A stretch of DNA of 64,000 bases from Candidatus Omnitrophota bacterium. GTDB lineage: Bacteria; CAIJMQ01. The notes under the pieces are model-generated. The model made no database searches, had not been told where the DNA came from, and saw only the letters and a list, made by a program, of their open reading frames with translations. The translations under genes and the position numbers were made by a program. Below, piece after piece: positions 1 through 10,585 of the stretch (the stretch's first letter is position 1; the number at the start of each line of letters is the position of its first letter). The DNA is taken from positions 70,957 to 134,956 of the forward strand of contig JAHJCU010000005.1 of NCBI GenBank assembly GCA_018812925.1, given 5' to 3'.

Positions 1-474
1 ATTCGCATTAATATTGATAATAAGAAGAACTTTCATTTGGGTAAATCCGATTTCCTGAATCATGTGCTTTTCCCGACGGATTTCTCGAAGAACGCAGACA
101 ATGCTTTTGCGTATTTGCAAAAAATGGTTGAAAGCGAAGCAAAACGCGTAACGCTTTTACATGTTCAAAATAAAACCCGCATCACTCCTCATCTTGTCCA
201 TAGATTAGCGGAGTTTAATAAAATTGATATGGAGCGTCTTGAAAAAATGAAAGAAAAATTGACGAGTAAAAGCAAAGCATCCGTAAATATTCAAGTGGAC
301 AGCGGCTATCCGATGACGGAAATAATCCGACAATCAAAGAAAAACAAAGCGTCTCTTATACTCATGGGCAGCCAAGGGCACGGATTTGTTAGTGAAATAT
401 TCTTGGGTAGTGTAAGTCATAACGTAGCCAGAAATTCAAAGGTGCCGGTTTTACTTATCCCGATGACCCGTTAA
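1..474 (+). CDS. Universal stress protein (UspA family), 5'-truncated by window edge
   Basis: Frame open from base 1; motifs VLFPTDFS and LILMGSQGHG..LGSVSHNVARNSKVPVLLI. Confidence 0.9.
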   Translation: MRINIDNKKNFHLGKSDFLNHVLFPTDFSKNADNAFAYLQKMVESEAKRVTLLHVQNKTRITPHLVHRLAEFNKIDMERLEKMKEKLTSKSKASVNIQVDSGYPMTEIIRQSKKNKASLILMGSQGHGFVSEIFLGSVSHNVARNSKVPVLLIPMTR

Positions 475-493
475 TCGAAACGCAGTTCCGATT

Positions 494-586
494 ACCCCGT
501 AGAGTATCGGAAAAATATCCCTGCCCGCTGAAACAGTTTGTTGGCAGGCGGGGAAGAAATTTTTCCAATGTCTTACGTTGCGGGGT
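494..586. repeat. Nested palindrome: ACCCCG..CGGGGT outer arms, GGAAAAAT/ATTTTTCC inner arms, with a family B hairpin at 520-552
   Basis: Inverted arms read directly; CCTGCCCGC..GCAGGCGGG in the loop. Confidence 0.75.
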
Positions 587-623
587 TCATCAAAGGAACA
601 AAATAAAAAAGAGGTTTCTCCCA

Positions 624-857
624 ATGAAAATTGAAATTTTAGGGACAGGATGTCCCAAGTGTAAAAAACTAACAGAACAAGTAGAAGAAGCAGTCAAGGA
701 GCTTGGCATTTCTGCGGAAATTGTTAAAGTGACGGATATACAAGACATTATAAATTATGGTGTTATGATGACGCCGGCTCTTGTTATTGACGGTGAGGTG
801 AAGTCAGCTGGCAGCGTTCCGTCTCCTGAGGAAATAATAAAACTATTAAAGGAGTGA
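624..857 (+). CDS. Small redox-active disulfide protein (MTH895/TM0996 thioredoxin-like family)
   Basis: ILGTGCPKC and GVMMTPALVIDG; typical of ars operons. Confidence 0.9.
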   Translation: MKIEILGTGCPKCKKLTEQVEEAVKELGISAEIVKVTDIQDIINYGVMMTPALVIDGEVKSAGSVPSPEEIIKLLKE

Positions 858-1294
858 ATGTGAATAGATTATTTTTAACAGGATTATTTATTTTTGCTTT
901 TGTTCTAAGTTTTTTAGATATGTCTTTTGCTGCAAATGAGGAGCAGGTTATTGCGTATTATTTCCATACAAATTTTCGCTGTGTTTCTTGTCACAAGATT
1001 GAGACGTATACAGAAGAATCAATAAAAAAATATTTCAGTAAACAAATAGAGTCTAATGAGCTTATTTATAAAGTGGTTAATGTCGAAGAAAAGGGAAATG
1101 AACATTTTATGCGGGATTATCAACTTTATACAAAATCAGTCGTTTTGTCTTTGGTGAAAGATGACAAAGAGATAAAATTTAAGAATTTAGATAAAGTGTG
1201 GAAACACCTGAATAATAAGGACGAGTTTTTTGAGTATATTAAAGAAGAAACACAAAAATTTCTTAACGAGATGAATTCAGAAGAAAAACAATGA
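854..1294 (+). CDS. Exported thioredoxin-fold protein, ArsF-like
   Basis: Signal peptide, YYFHTNFRCVSC motif, ars context. Confidence 0.7.
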   Translation: MNVNRLFLTGLFIFAFVLSFLDMSFAANEEQVIAYYFHTNFRCVSCHKIETYTEESIKKYFSKQIESNELIYKVVNVEEKGNEHFMRDYQLYTKSVVLSLVKDDKEIKFKNLDKVWKHLNNKDEFFEYIKEETQKFLNEMNSEEKQ

Positions 1295-1980
1295 TTGCAT
1301 TGCTTTCAGCATTATGGTTAGGCATTCTTACCTCAATAAGTCCTTGCCCTTTGGCGACAAATATTGCGGCTGTTTCGTTTCTTTCCAAAAAAATTAATCA
1401 TCCACGCACGGTTTTGTGGTCCGGATTGGCATATACGTTGGGAAGGATGACGGCATATGCTGTACTTGGTGTAATTATTATTTCTTCTTTAGCCGGAGTT
1501 CCGGTTGTTGCTAATTTTTTGCAAAAGTATATGAATAAAATTTTAGGTCCTGTTCTTATTATTGTTGGGCTTTTCCTTTTAGATGTCCTGAAATTAGATT
1601 TTTTAAACTTTTCAATATCAAGTGAAAAACATAATAAGCTGGCAGAAATGGGTATCTTCGGTTCATTTACCCTGGGTGCTGTTTTTGCGCTTTCTTTCTG
1701 TCCTATATCAGCAGCGCTGTTTTTCGGAAGTTTAATTCCTCTGGCATTGAATAATAATTTTGGCATAACATTTCCTTTTGTATACGGTATTGGGACAGGA
1801 TTACCTGTTGTTATTTTTGCAATAGGTATAACTTTTGGTGTTCATTCAATAGCGCACTGGTTTAAGCAGGTAACTAAACTTGAAAATTATATGCGAAAAG
1901 TTACCGGAGTTATATTTATCCTAGTGGGAATTTATTTCCTTTGGTCTCATATTATAGTTAATTTTATGTTAAGAGGGTGA
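1291..1980 (+). CDS. ArsG-like / CcdA-DsbD-type membrane protein
   Basis: LTSISPCPLATN and ALSFCP motifs, multiple TM segments. Confidence 0.75.
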   Translation: MIALLSALWLGILTSISPCPLATNIAAVSFLSKKINHPRTVLWSGLAYTLGRMTAYAVLGVIIISSLAGVPVVANFLQKYMNKILGPVLIIVGLFLLDVLKLDFLNFSISSEKHNKLAEMGIFGSFTLGAVFALSFCPISAALFFGSLIPLALNNNFGITFPFVYGIGTGLPVVIFAIGITFGVHSIAHWFKQVTKLENYMRKVTGVIFILVGIYFLWSHIIVNFMLRG

Positions 1981-1986
1981 CCAAAA

Positions 1987-3069
1987 ATGGAACGAGTTAT
2001 TTATGAAAAAAAACTGAATATTTTCGAGAGATATCTTACTCTATGGGTATTTATCTGTATCGGGATAGGTATATTTCTTGGTAAATTTGCGCCCGGAATT
2101 GCCAGGACATTAGAAGGCATTGCAATAGCCAATGTTTCTATTCCCATTGCGATATGTCTTTTTTTCATGATGTATCCAATTATGGTGAAAATAGATTTTG
2201 CGGAAGTAATCAAGGCAGGGAAAACGCCGAAACCGGTTTTGCTGACTCTTTTTATTAACTGGATGATTAAACCTTTTACGATGTATTTTATAGCGACGTT
2301 TTTCTTGGGTTATTTATTTAAAAATATCCTGCCGGGAGTGGAAATACTTAAAGATGGAAATACCGTTGAGCTATATCGTTCGTATATATCTGGTGCGATA
2401 CTTTTAGGCATTGCCCCATGCACGGCTATGGTTTTGATGTGGAGTTACTTGGCAAAAGGCAATAGCGGGCTTACTTTGGTTATGGTTGCCGTTAATTCTT
2501 TAATGATGCTTTTTCTTTACGCCCCGTTGGGAGGATTTCTCCTTAGGATAAATCAAATGCCTATTCCTTGGATGACGATTGTTTTATCTGTGATATTTTA
2601 TGTCGCTATACCGCTTGCTGCAGGTTATTTTTCCCGAAAATGGATTATTAAATATAAAGGGAAAGAATGGTTTGAGAGAAAGTTTTTGCGGTTCTTAACT
2701 CCTGTTTCTATTGGAGCTTTGTTAGTAACGCTGGTTCTTTTGTTCTCTTTTAAGGGTGACGTTATTGTCGCTCAACCGCAAGTTATATTTTTGATTGCGA
2801 TTCCGTTGTTTATCCAAACTTGTCTTATTTTTGCGCTGGGATATATATTGGCTAGGGTTTTAAAATTGAAATATAAAGACGCTGCTCCGGCTGCAATGAT
2901 CGGGGCGAGCAATCATTTCGAAGTAGCGATTGCAACGGCTACAATGCTTTTCGGTCTTTCTTCGGGCGCGGCATTGGCGACAGTAGTTGGTGTTTTAATC
3001 GAAGTCCCGGTAATGCTTATGCTTGTCTCAATATGCAAAAACACCCGCCATTTCTTTTCTAATAAATAG
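1987..3069 (+). CDS. acr3: ACR3-family arsenite efflux transporter
   Basis: [41 protein letters not shown]. Confidence 0.95.
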   Translation: MERVIYEKKLNIFERYLTLWVFICIGIGIFLGKFAPGIARTLEGIAIANVSIPIAICLFFMMYPIMVKIDFAEVIKAGKTPKPVLLTLFINWMIKPFTMYFIATFFLGYLFKNILPGVEILKDGNTVELYRSYISGAILLGIAPCTAMVLMWSYLAKGNSGLTLVMVAVNSLMMLFLYAPLGGFLLRINQMPIPWMTIVLSVIFYVAIPLAAGYFSRKWIIKYKGKEWFERKFLRFLTPVSIGALLVTLVLLFSFKGDVIVAQPQVIFLIAIPLFIQTCLIFALGYILARVLKLKYKDAAPAAMIGASNHFEVAIATATMLFGLSSGAALATVVGVLIEVPVMLMLVSICKNTRHFFSNK

Positions 3070-3115
3070 TATAATATATCGGTTTTCATCCTAACATCTT
3101 TAAAATTTCAAAAAT

Positions 3116-4111
3116 ATGATTGTAGTAACCGGCGGGGCAGGATTTATCGGTAGCGCTATTGTATGGGCGCTTAATTTGAGAGGATACAATGAAATCCTGA
3201 TTGTTGACTTACTTGATAAGAGTAAAAAATGGGAAAATCTTGCTTGCTTAAAATTTTCCGATTCTATTGACAAGGATGAATTTATTGAAAAATTATATCA
3301 AGGAAAATTCTGTGACAAGATAGATGCAGTCATCCATATGGGCGCTGAAAGTTCTACGACTGTATATGAAACTGATTATCTTATGAAGAACAACTATGAA
3401 TATACAAAAAAATTGGCGATGTGGTGCATTAAAAATGACAAGAGATTTGTGTATGCTTCATCTGCCGCCACATACGGAAATGGTGACGAAGGGTTTTGCG
3501 ATGAACATTTGCAACTTGAAAAATTAAGGCCTCTAAATCCTTATGCCGATTCAAAACATCTTTTTGATTTATGGGCATATAGGCAGGGTTTGTTGGAAAA
3601 AATAGCAGGATTAAAATTCTTCAATTGTTTTGGTCCCAACGAATATCATAAAGAAAGTATGAAAAGCATGGTGCTTCAGGCTTTTGAGCAGATTAAAAAA
3701 AACGGAAAAGTTAAACTTTTTAAATCGTTTAATACACAATACAAAGACGGAGAACAATTGCGCGATTTTATATATGTTAAAGATGCGGCGGATATGACGT
3801 TATTTATATTTGAAAATAAAAAAGTAAATGGTATTTTTAATATCGGCACGGGAAAAGCACAAAGCTTCAACGAACTTGTGAATTCAGTCTTTGGAGCCAT
3901 GGGAAAAGACAGCAACATAGCATACATAGACATGCTGGAGTCAATAAAAGATAAATACCAATATTTTACCCAAGCCGATATGGGGAAATTAAAGGATGCA
4001 GGATATATAAAGAAAACTCATACACTTAAAGAAGCAGTCTATGATTATGTTAAGAATTATCTGTTAAAAGATAATTCTTATCTTAAAATAAACAACATTT
4101 CTTTTAGTTGA
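3116..4111 (+). CDS. hldD: ADP-L-glycero-D-manno-heptose 6-epimerase
   Basis: MIVVTGGAGFIGS, YASSAATYG, YxxSK, FGPNEYHK, RDFIYVKD. Confidence 0.92.
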   Translation: MIVVTGGAGFIGSAIVWALNLRGYNEILIVDLLDKSKKWENLACLKFSDSIDKDEFIEKLYQGKFCDKIDAVIHMGAESSTTVYETDYLMKNNYEYTKKLAMWCIKNDKRFVYASSAATYGNGDEGFCDEHLQLEKLRPLNPYADSKHLFDLWAYRQGLLEKIAGLKFFNCFGPNEYHKESMKSMVLQAFEQIKKNGKVKLFKSFNTQYKDGEQLRDFIYVKDAADMTLFIFENKKVNGIFNIGTGKAQSFNELVNSVFGAMGKDSNIAYIDMLESIKDKYQYFTQADMGKLKDAGYIKKTHTLKEAVYDYVKNYLLKDNSYLKINNISFS

Positions 4112-4120
4112 AACTAAGCC

Positions 4121-5722
4121 ATGAAACAGATGAAGTGGATTAATAGTTTAGGAATATTTTTAGCAATTTTTTTTCTTACAGGATGCGGCGCCGCGCGCAT
4201 AAGAACTTCCGCTGACCGTGAAGTTTATAAAATATTAGAAAAGAAAACAAAAGAAGTTACCTCCGAAAAAATCCCATGGGATATCCGGTTCCAATCAATA
4301 CAAGAAACACCTTCCGAAGATACTCCTTTAACGCTTAAAGATGTTTTGATTATAGCTACAAAAAATAACCGAGATTATCAATCGGCAAAAGAAGACGTTT
4401 ATCTGCAAACATTAGCTTTAATTTCCCAAAGATATAATTATAGCTTGCGGTATGGAATAGACGGGACAGTAACATGGGAAAAAGATAGTTTAGGGACAGA
4501 AAATGTAAATGCAGATTTAAATTTGAATCTTGTAAAATGGTTGGCTCAAGGGGCTCAAATAACATTTAACATTGCCCAGGAGTATCTCAAGTATCTAATC
4601 GGGGATACTGACGGAATTTTTCAGACAGTTGTCGGTTTGGATATTCTGCAACCATTATTTAGAGGTGCCGGCAGGAGTGTTGCTCAAGCAGGTTTAATTC
4701 AGGCAGAAAGAGACGTAATATATCAAATAAGGTCTTTTTTAAGATATCAGCGAGGTTTTTCTGTAACTGTTGCAGATAAATATTTCACTCTACTGGAAGT
4801 AGAGAATAATCTTGAAAACTATTCTAAGAATTATATTTATTTAAAACAGACGAGAGGAAGGATAGAGATGCTTTCTGAAGCCGGTAGAGCTACTCCTATT
4901 GAGGTGGATCAGACAAGGCAGGATGAATATAGAGCGTATCAAAGTTGGCTTTCTGCTAATAATAATTATCAGAAGTTATTAGACGAATTTAAAATATTTT
5001 TAGGTCTTTCTCCTGAAATAAAAATTTCTCTTGAAGCTGAGGGGTTGGAAACATTTTTAGAAGAGGGTATATCCGAAATTAAAGTTGAGCCGCAAGAATC
5101 TGTAAAATTAGCTCTTGAGAAAAGGCTTGATTTAATGACAGCATATGACCAATTGGAAGACAGCAAAAGAGATGTGCACGTTGCCTTAAATGCATTAAGA
5201 ACAAGACTTGACTTAAATCTTGGCGTTGAAAGTAGAACTCCTACAGGAGATAAACCCAGTTGGGAATTTGAGGAGCCAACTTATACCGCAGGATTTAATT
5301 TGGAACTTCCATTAAACAAAGTTCCTGAAAGAAATGCTTATATACAAGCTTTAATTAGTTTTGAAAGAGAAAAAAGGAGTGTTACTCAAACAAGAGATGA
5401 GCTCAAACTTGATATCTTAAATCTCTGTCGAGATTTAGAAGAGTTATATCAGACATATATTATTCAAGACAAAAGCCTTAAACTTGCAAGTAAAAGAGTT
5501 GAAGGAACTGATTTGTTGCTTCAAGCAGGAAGAGCAACTACACGAGATTTGTTGGAAGCTCAAGAATCGTATCTTAACGCAAAGAATTCCTTATCAACGG
5601 CAATTGTAAACTATTTAGTTTCTTATCTGGAATTTTTAAGAGATACTGAAACTTTAGAAATTGATGAGGGTGGAGTATGGAAAGGAGACCTCTATGAAAA
5701 AATCAGTGGGGAAAGAGACTAA
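4121..5722 (+). CDS. TolC-family outer-membrane efflux lipoprotein
   Basis: Lipobox LTGC; QPLFRGAG; GRATTRDLLEAQ repeat motif. Confidence 0.85.
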   Translation: MKQMKWINSLGIFLAIFFLTGCGAARIRTSADREVYKILEKKTKEVTSEKIPWDIRFQSIQETPSEDTPLTLKDVLIIATKNNRDYQSAKEDVYLQTLALISQRYNYSLRYGIDGTVTWEKDSLGTENVNADLNLNLVKWLAQGAQITFNIAQEYLKYLIGDTDGIFQTVVGLDILQPLFRGAGRSVAQAGLIQAERDVIYQIRSFLRYQRGFSVTVADKYFTLLEVENNLENYSKNYIYLKQTRGRIEMLSEAGRATPIEVDQTRQDEYRAYQSWLSANNNYQKLLDEFKIFLGLSPEIKISLEAEGLETFLEEGISEIKVEPQESVKLALEKRLDLMTAYDQLEDSKRDVHVALNALRTRLDLNLGVESRTPTGDKPSWEFEEPTYTAGFNLELPLNKVPERNAYIQALISFEREKRSVTQTRDELKLDILNLCRDLEELYQTYIIQDKSLKLASKRVEGTDLLLQAGRATTRDLLEAQESYLNAKNSLSTAIVNYLVSYLEFLRDTETLEIDEGGVWKGDLYEKISGERD

Positions 5723-7436
5723 ATCTCATATCCGTTCGTTTATTAAGACAGCGCTACAGGGTAAAAATAAATTCTTCTTGGCGGGCGGAATTGTTTTTAT
5801 ATTTCTCTTGCTATTTCTTAACGGTTTTATTCACGGGAAAAAAAGGATAGAAGGACTAATTAGCTATGAAGTAAAAAGACAAGGTCTAGTTATATCTGTT
5901 GTAGAAGGAGGAAATCTCAAGGCACTGCGTTCTCAGAAAATTATTAATGAAGTCCCTGGTCAGCGGAATATTCTAGAGGTAATTGACGAAGGAATACTAA
6001 TCACTGAAAAGGATGTTCAGGACAGCAAAATCCTTATGAAACTTGATTCCAAGGATTTAGATGACCGCGCAGAGGAGTTAAGGATAACTGTAGAGAACAG
6101 TTTGTCGTCTTATACGCAGGCACAGCAAAATCTTGAAATACAGAAAAAACAGAATGACAGCGATATTATACAGGCAGAATTGAACGTCAAGTTTGCGAAG
6201 ATAGATTTAGAAAAATATTTAGGAGAGAAATTAGCTGGTGAGCTTATTATAAATGAGAGTGAGAATATAAACTTTTCAAAGTTGATAGCAAATCCGCAGT
6301 TGGAAGGAGAGGCTCTTAATAAGAAAAGGGAACTTGAGAATAGTATAGACCTTTCAAAAGAAGAAGTCGCTCGGGCGAAAGACAGAGTCCAGTGGAGCGA
6401 AAAATTATCCGAAAAAGAATATATAACAAAAAGTGAATTGGATGCAGACAGATTTTCTTTGCAACAACAAGAGGCCTCTTCAGAGAATTCTAAGTTAGGA
6501 TATCAACTTTTCCTGGATTACGACTTTCCCAAACAAGTGGCGTTACTTCTTTCTAATTATCAGGAATCTCTAAGAGAACTTGATAAAACAAAAGCCAAAT
6601 GTGGATCTGAAATTATTAAAGCAGAATCATATGTTAGAAGTAGCGAAGCAGCTTATTTAGGAATTAAGAATAATCTTAGTGAAGCGGAACAAAATATTGT
6701 CAAATGCACAATCAGGGCAACACAACCAGGGCTCGTTGTCTATGCAACAAGCAGTAACCCTTGGCGTTCACAGAATCCAATTCAACCAGGTACTACCGTG
6801 TACGACAGGCAAGATTTATTGAATCTTCCAGATTTCAGCAGTATGGGAGTTGAAGTAAAGATTCATGAATCTTCAATAGAAAAAATAAAGGTTGGGCAAA
6901 AAGTCCTTATAAAAGTAGATGCTTGTAGTGGGAACCAATTTACTGGAGAAGTGAAAAAAGTTGCACCTTTGCCAGACGCTACTTTCAAATGGATGAACCC
7001 TGATTTGAATGTTTATCTCGTTGAAATTTCGCTTGATAAAAATGGGCAGAATTTTGATTGCCTAAAACCGGGGCTGTCTGCAGAAGTAGAAATCATGATT
7101 GAGAAATTAGAAAATGTTTTGGTGGTTCCTTTAGCAGTCATATCACAAAGAGAAGGAAAATCCACCTGTGCTGTTCTTAGAGGAAGTAGGATTGACATTA
7201 GAAAAATCGAACTTGGTAGTAGTAGTGAAGATATGGTAGAAGTAAAAAGTGGATTAAAAGAAAGGGAAATCGTAGTAATATTGTCCGGTGAAATGGGAGA
7301 ACAAGTTAAAAAAACGCCCATGGCTGAAACAGGAAAATTTAAGAGCGAAGAGACAGAGAATATGCCGACAGAACAACCCCCAACGACGAATACAACAAGA
7401 CCTGAAAATAGCGGAACAGGTAGACCTAATCGATAA
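5694..7436 (+). CDS. Efflux periplasmic adaptor (HlyD/MacA-like) with long coiled coil
   Basis: N-terminal TM; TIRATQPGLV and LKPGLSAEVEI; RBS AAGGAG before ATG 5694. Confidence 0.85.
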   Translation: MKKSVGKETKSHIRSFIKTALQGKNKFFLAGGIVFIFLLLFLNGFIHGKKRIEGLISYEVKRQGLVISVVEGGNLKALRSQKIINEVPGQRNILEVIDEGILITEKDVQDSKILMKLDSKDLDDRAEELRITVENSLSSYTQAQQNLEIQKKQNDSDIIQAELNVKFAKIDLEKYLGEKLAGELIINESENINFSKLIANPQLEGEALNKKRELENSIDLSKEEVARAKDRVQWSEKLSEKEYITKSELDADRFSLQQQEASSENSKLGYQLFLDYDFPKQVALLLSNYQESLRELDKTKAKCGSEIIKAESYVRSSEAAYLGIKNNLSEAEQNIVKCTIRATQPGLVVYATSSNPWRSQNPIQPGTTVYDRQDLLNLPDFSSMGVEVKIHESSIEKIKVGQKVLIKVDACSGNQFTGEVKKVAPLPDATFKWMNPDLNVYLVEISLDKNGQNFDCLKPGLSAEVEIMIEKLENVLVVPLAVISQREGKSTCAVLRGSRIDIRKIELGSSSEDMVEVKSGLKEREIVVILSGEMGEQVKKTPMAETGKFKSEETENMPTEQPPTTNTTRPENSGTGRPNR

Positions 7437-7441
7437 AGACA

Positions 7442-8122
7442 ATGAAGAAGGAAATAATAAACCTTGTCGATATTTGGAAAGTTTACAGACTTGGACCAGT
7501 AGATGTTCCCGTGCTTAAAGGAATTAACCTCTCCATAGAAACAGGCGAACATTTATCAATTATGGGTCCCTCCGGAAGCGGCAAGACAACTATTTTGAAT
7601 ATTCTCGGATGTCTTGATAAACCCACAGAAGGACAATATCTTATGGAAGAAAGAAAGATTTCCACTTTATCAGATGATGAACTCTCTGAAATTCGCAGTC
7701 GGAAAGTTGGTTTCGTTTTCCAGACATTCAACCTCATTCCTCAATTAACCGTATTAGAAAATATAGGCATTCCACTTTTTTATCAGGGAGTTGATGAAAT
7801 TACCATTAAAGAGAAAGCTTTTAAATTAGCAGATATTGTAGGTTTGGGAGAGCGTATTAAACATAGGCCTTCGGAACTTTCAGGAGGTGAGCGCCAAAGA
7901 GTTGCGATTGCCAGAGCTTTAATAAACCAACCCATTTTGATTTTAGCCGATGAACCGACGGGTAATCTCGACAGTGAAACCGGTAAGGAAATCATGGACC
8001 TGCTTATTCAGTTAAATAAAGAAGGCAAAACGCTCGTCGTAATAACTCACGACCCGAAAATAGCAGGTTACTCTCAAAAAGTAGTGCGGCTATTTGATGG
8101 GGAAATCGTAGATGAAAATTAA
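7442..8122 (+). CDS. ABC transporter ATP-binding protein (LolD/MacB-type)
   Basis: GPSGSGKT, LSGGERQRVAIARAL, ADEPTGNLD. Confidence 0.95.
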   Translation: MKKEIINLVDIWKVYRLGPVDVPVLKGINLSIETGEHLSIMGPSGSGKTTILNILGCLDKPTEGQYLMEERKISTLSDDELSEIRSRKVGFVFQTFNLIPQLTVLENIGIPLFYQGVDEITIKEKAFKLADIVGLGERIKHRPSELSGGERQRVAIARALINQPILILADEPTGNLDSETGKEIMDLLIQLNKEGKTLVVITHDPKIAGYSQKVVRLFDGEIVDEN

Positions 8123-9383
8123 TATTCTTCATATTATAAGAATAGTAAAATTTGGGGGGAAGAATCTGTGGCTTCACAAACTTCGTTCTCTCCTTACTAT
8201 GCTGGGAATTGTTTTTGGAGTTGCTTCTGTGATAGCAATGCTTGCAATTGGAGAAGGCGCAAGTTTTGAAGCAAGGGAAAAAATTAAAGAACTTGGAAGC
8301 AATAATATAATTATCCGAAGCGTAAAACCACCAAGCGAAGCTGCAACTCAAATGACTTCTTGGCTTGATGTTTACGGTCTTGCTCCTTCAGATTTCAGAA
8401 AGATTTCGTCAATTCCTTCTATTGAAAATATTGTCCCTACATGGGAAATTAAAGAAGAAATTTGGCGTCTCGCCAAGAATACTCCGGGAAGAGTTGTGGG
8501 TACAACTCCCGATTATGCGGAAACCACCAATATGAAAGTTGAAAATGGTGGAAGATTCATTAATGAAGTCGATATGGATACGAGTAAATCGGTAGTTGTA
8601 ATAGGTTATTCAATAAAGAATATCCTTTTCCTTGGAGTAAATCCTATTGGTGAGAAAATAAAAATAAAGAGTAATTATTTCACCGTTATCGGTGTGGTGA
8701 AGGCGAAAGTATTTTCAAAAGGGACAGGAAGTTTCGAAGCCGAAGATATTAACTTTGATGTTTATCTTCCCTTGAGTACAGCAAGAGCTTATTTTGGAGA
8801 ATTCGACGTTAAAATGCGGACCAGACAGATGAGCTGGGTAAAGTTTCATCGCTTCATAGCGAAAGTTAAGGATACTAATAAAATCATGTCAACTTCAGCA
8901 TTGATAAACCAGATTTTAGAATCAACTCACAAAAATCCGGATTACGAAATCCTTGTCCCCTTAGAATTATTAAGACAGGCGGAACACACAAAAAGAATTT
9001 TTAGTATTGTTCTTGGTTCTATAGCAGCGATTTCATTACTTGTTGGCGGGATTGGAATTATGAATATTATGCTGGCAACGGTTACAGAACGAACCAGGGA
9101 AATTGGCATAAGAAGGGCGCTTGGAGCCAAAAGAAGAGATATTATCTATCAATTTGTTACAGAAGCCGTAATCCTTTCGGCTACGGGAGGATTTATTGGT
9201 GTGGTTATCGGTGTTGTAATTCCAGCAATAGTTTCCAAATTCGCAGACATGGTAACAATAATTACTCTATGGTCGGTATTGTTAGCTTTCCTTATTTCGG
9301 TTGCGGTAGGACTTACTTTTGGTATATATCCCGCTAGAAAAGCTGCGCTCTTAGATCCAATTGAAGCGTTGAGATATGAATAG
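8112..9383 (+). CDS. ABC transporter permease (MacB/FtsX family)
   Basis: RSLLTMLGIVFGVASV, GGIGIMNIML..VTERTREIGIRRALGA, DPIEALRYE. Confidence 0.95.
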   Translation: MKINILHIIRIVKFGGKNLWLHKLRSLLTMLGIVFGVASVIAMLAIGEGASFEAREKIKELGSNNIIIRSVKPPSEAATQMTSWLDVYGLAPSDFRKISSIPSIENIVPTWEIKEEIWRLAKNTPGRVVGTTPDYAETTNMKVENGGRFINEVDMDTSKSVVVIGYSIKNILFLGVNPIGEKIKIKSNYFTVIGVVKAKVFSKGTGSFEAEDINFDVYLPLSTARAYFGEFDVKMRTRQMSWVKFHRFIAKVKDTNKIMSTSALINQILESTHKNPDYEILVPLELLRQAEHTKRIFSIVLGSIAAISLLVGGIGIMNIMLATVTERTREIGIRRALGAKRRDIIYQFVTEAVILSATGGFIGVVIGVVIPAIVSKFADMVTIITLWSVLLAFLISVAVGLTFGIYPARKAALLDPIEALRYE

Positions 9384-9792
9384 CAAAATAAAAAATTTAA
9401 AACAAAAATTAAAATCAAAAATAAGAAAGTTAAGGAGATAAAGACCTGCTCGTCCACTCACGCGTGGCAAAATCGTTCTTATTCTTGCCGGCGGCGGAGC
9501 TAAATCTTTATCCCAGATAGGCGTTTTAAAAGTCCTTGAAAGAGAAAAAATTCCTATCGATATGCTCGTGGGATGTAGTATGGGCGCAATTGTGGGAGCT
9601 CTTTTTTCCATAGGAGTTCCCGTGGGAAAAATAGAAAGTATAATCCTGAATTTTTGCCAATTCAAACAGATAAAAGAAATAGAAAGAACATTTACCTCGG
9701 AAGCAGAAGGTATACAGAAAATTGGAGAATTTGTGAGGGATTTAAAAAGAAGTTATAGCCCAACTTCCTTTTCTAAAAAAAGCTCTTATTAA
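9376..9792 (+). pseudogene. Patatin-like phospholipase remnant
   Basis: Same frame gives LILAGGGAKSLSQIGVLKVLEREKIPIDMLVGCSMGA, but there is an in-frame TAA at 9439-9441 after ATG 9376 and the frame ends at 9792 before any DG catalytic motif. Confidence 0.75.
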
Positions 9793-9868
9793 AAGCAACA
9801 CTGAGAAAAAGAAACTTAGAAAATTAGTTTTGCCCCTTTTTTATTGAAATAAGACTTACTGCGTAGAT

Positions 9869-10135
9869 TTATTTTTTGCAGGTAGAGCAGCCTTTTGGCT
9901 CGCAGGATGAAGAACAGGAAGAACTTTTTGGAGGGCTTTCAGTTTTATTTTCTTTCTTCTTATAATCCGTAGCGTAAAACCCGGAACCTTTGAATATCAG
10001 CCCCGCTCCCGCTCCTATCAATCTTTTTACTTTACCGTTGCATTTCGGACACTTCTTTAAAGATTCTGCTGTCATGCTGTGGAACGCTTCAAATTTGTGT
10101 CCGCATTTTTTACATTCGTAGTCGTAAGTAGGCAT
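9869..10135 (-). CDS. FmdB-family zinc-ribbon protein
   Basis: MPTYDYECKKCGH..CPKC..FKGSGFYATDY; RBS AGGAG upstream of 10135. Confidence 0.92.
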   Translation of the reverse strand: MPTYDYECKKCGHKFEAFHSMTAESLKKCPKCNGKVKRLIGAGAGLIFKGSGFYATDYKKKENKTESPPKSSSCSSSCEPKGCSTCKK

Positions 10136-10202
10136 TTTTTCTCCTAAAACAGCAGGGCAATATACCATTTCAACTTCATTTTAGTCAAATTCTGCCACGA
10201 AA

Positions 10203-10231
10203 TTGACTCATTTTAAAAAACCGCTTATAAT
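10203..10231 (+). promoter_or_regulatory. sigma70 promoter for tRNA-Lys
   Basis: TTGACT-17 bp-TATAAT. Confidence 0.7.
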
Positions 10232-10243
10232 GCCAAGTCATTC

Positions 10244-10317
10244 GGGCCATTAGCTCAATTTGGCAGAGCAGTGGACTCTTAATCCATTTGTTGCAGGTTC
10301 AAGTCCTGCATGGCCCA
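10244..10317 (+). tRNA. tRNA-Lys(CTT)
   Basis: Acceptor GGGCCAT/ATGGCCC, anticodon arm GTGGA-CTCTTAA-TCCAT, T-loop GTTCAAG; CCA not encoded. Confidence 0.95.
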
Positions 10318-10532
10318 CTAAACTAAGAAAATGATACTTGATGCTAGATTCTTGATACTAGTGGAAACAAGTAATCAGACTAAAACCCAATAAAAGCGGA
10401 GAAAAACTAATTCTATAAAGATTAAAAGTATCTAGACAAAACAAGTTTTGTAGTTACCCAACACCTATTTCAGAGAGAAATCCTACCAATTTATTTGTGC
10501 ATAAATATTTTTAAAGTAAGACAAAAAAGCAC

Positions 10533-10561
10533 TTGACATACTTTTTATAGTATAGTATACT
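10533..10561 (+). promoter_or_regulatory. sigma70 promoter with overlapping ATACT/AGTAT palindrome (likely TA autoregulatory operator)
   Basis: TTGACA-17 bp-TATACT; ATACT-TTTTAT-AGTAT in the spacer; AAGGAGG RBS follows. Confidence 0.75.
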
Positions 10562-10585
10562 TTCTATCAAAAGGAGGAAATTTAG

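Noticed and set aside
10149..10159. ACAGCAGGGCA matches the reverse complement of 13919-13929, hinting at island-bounding repeats
   Set aside because: Only 11 bp, lies outside tRNA-Lys, and is plausible by chance.
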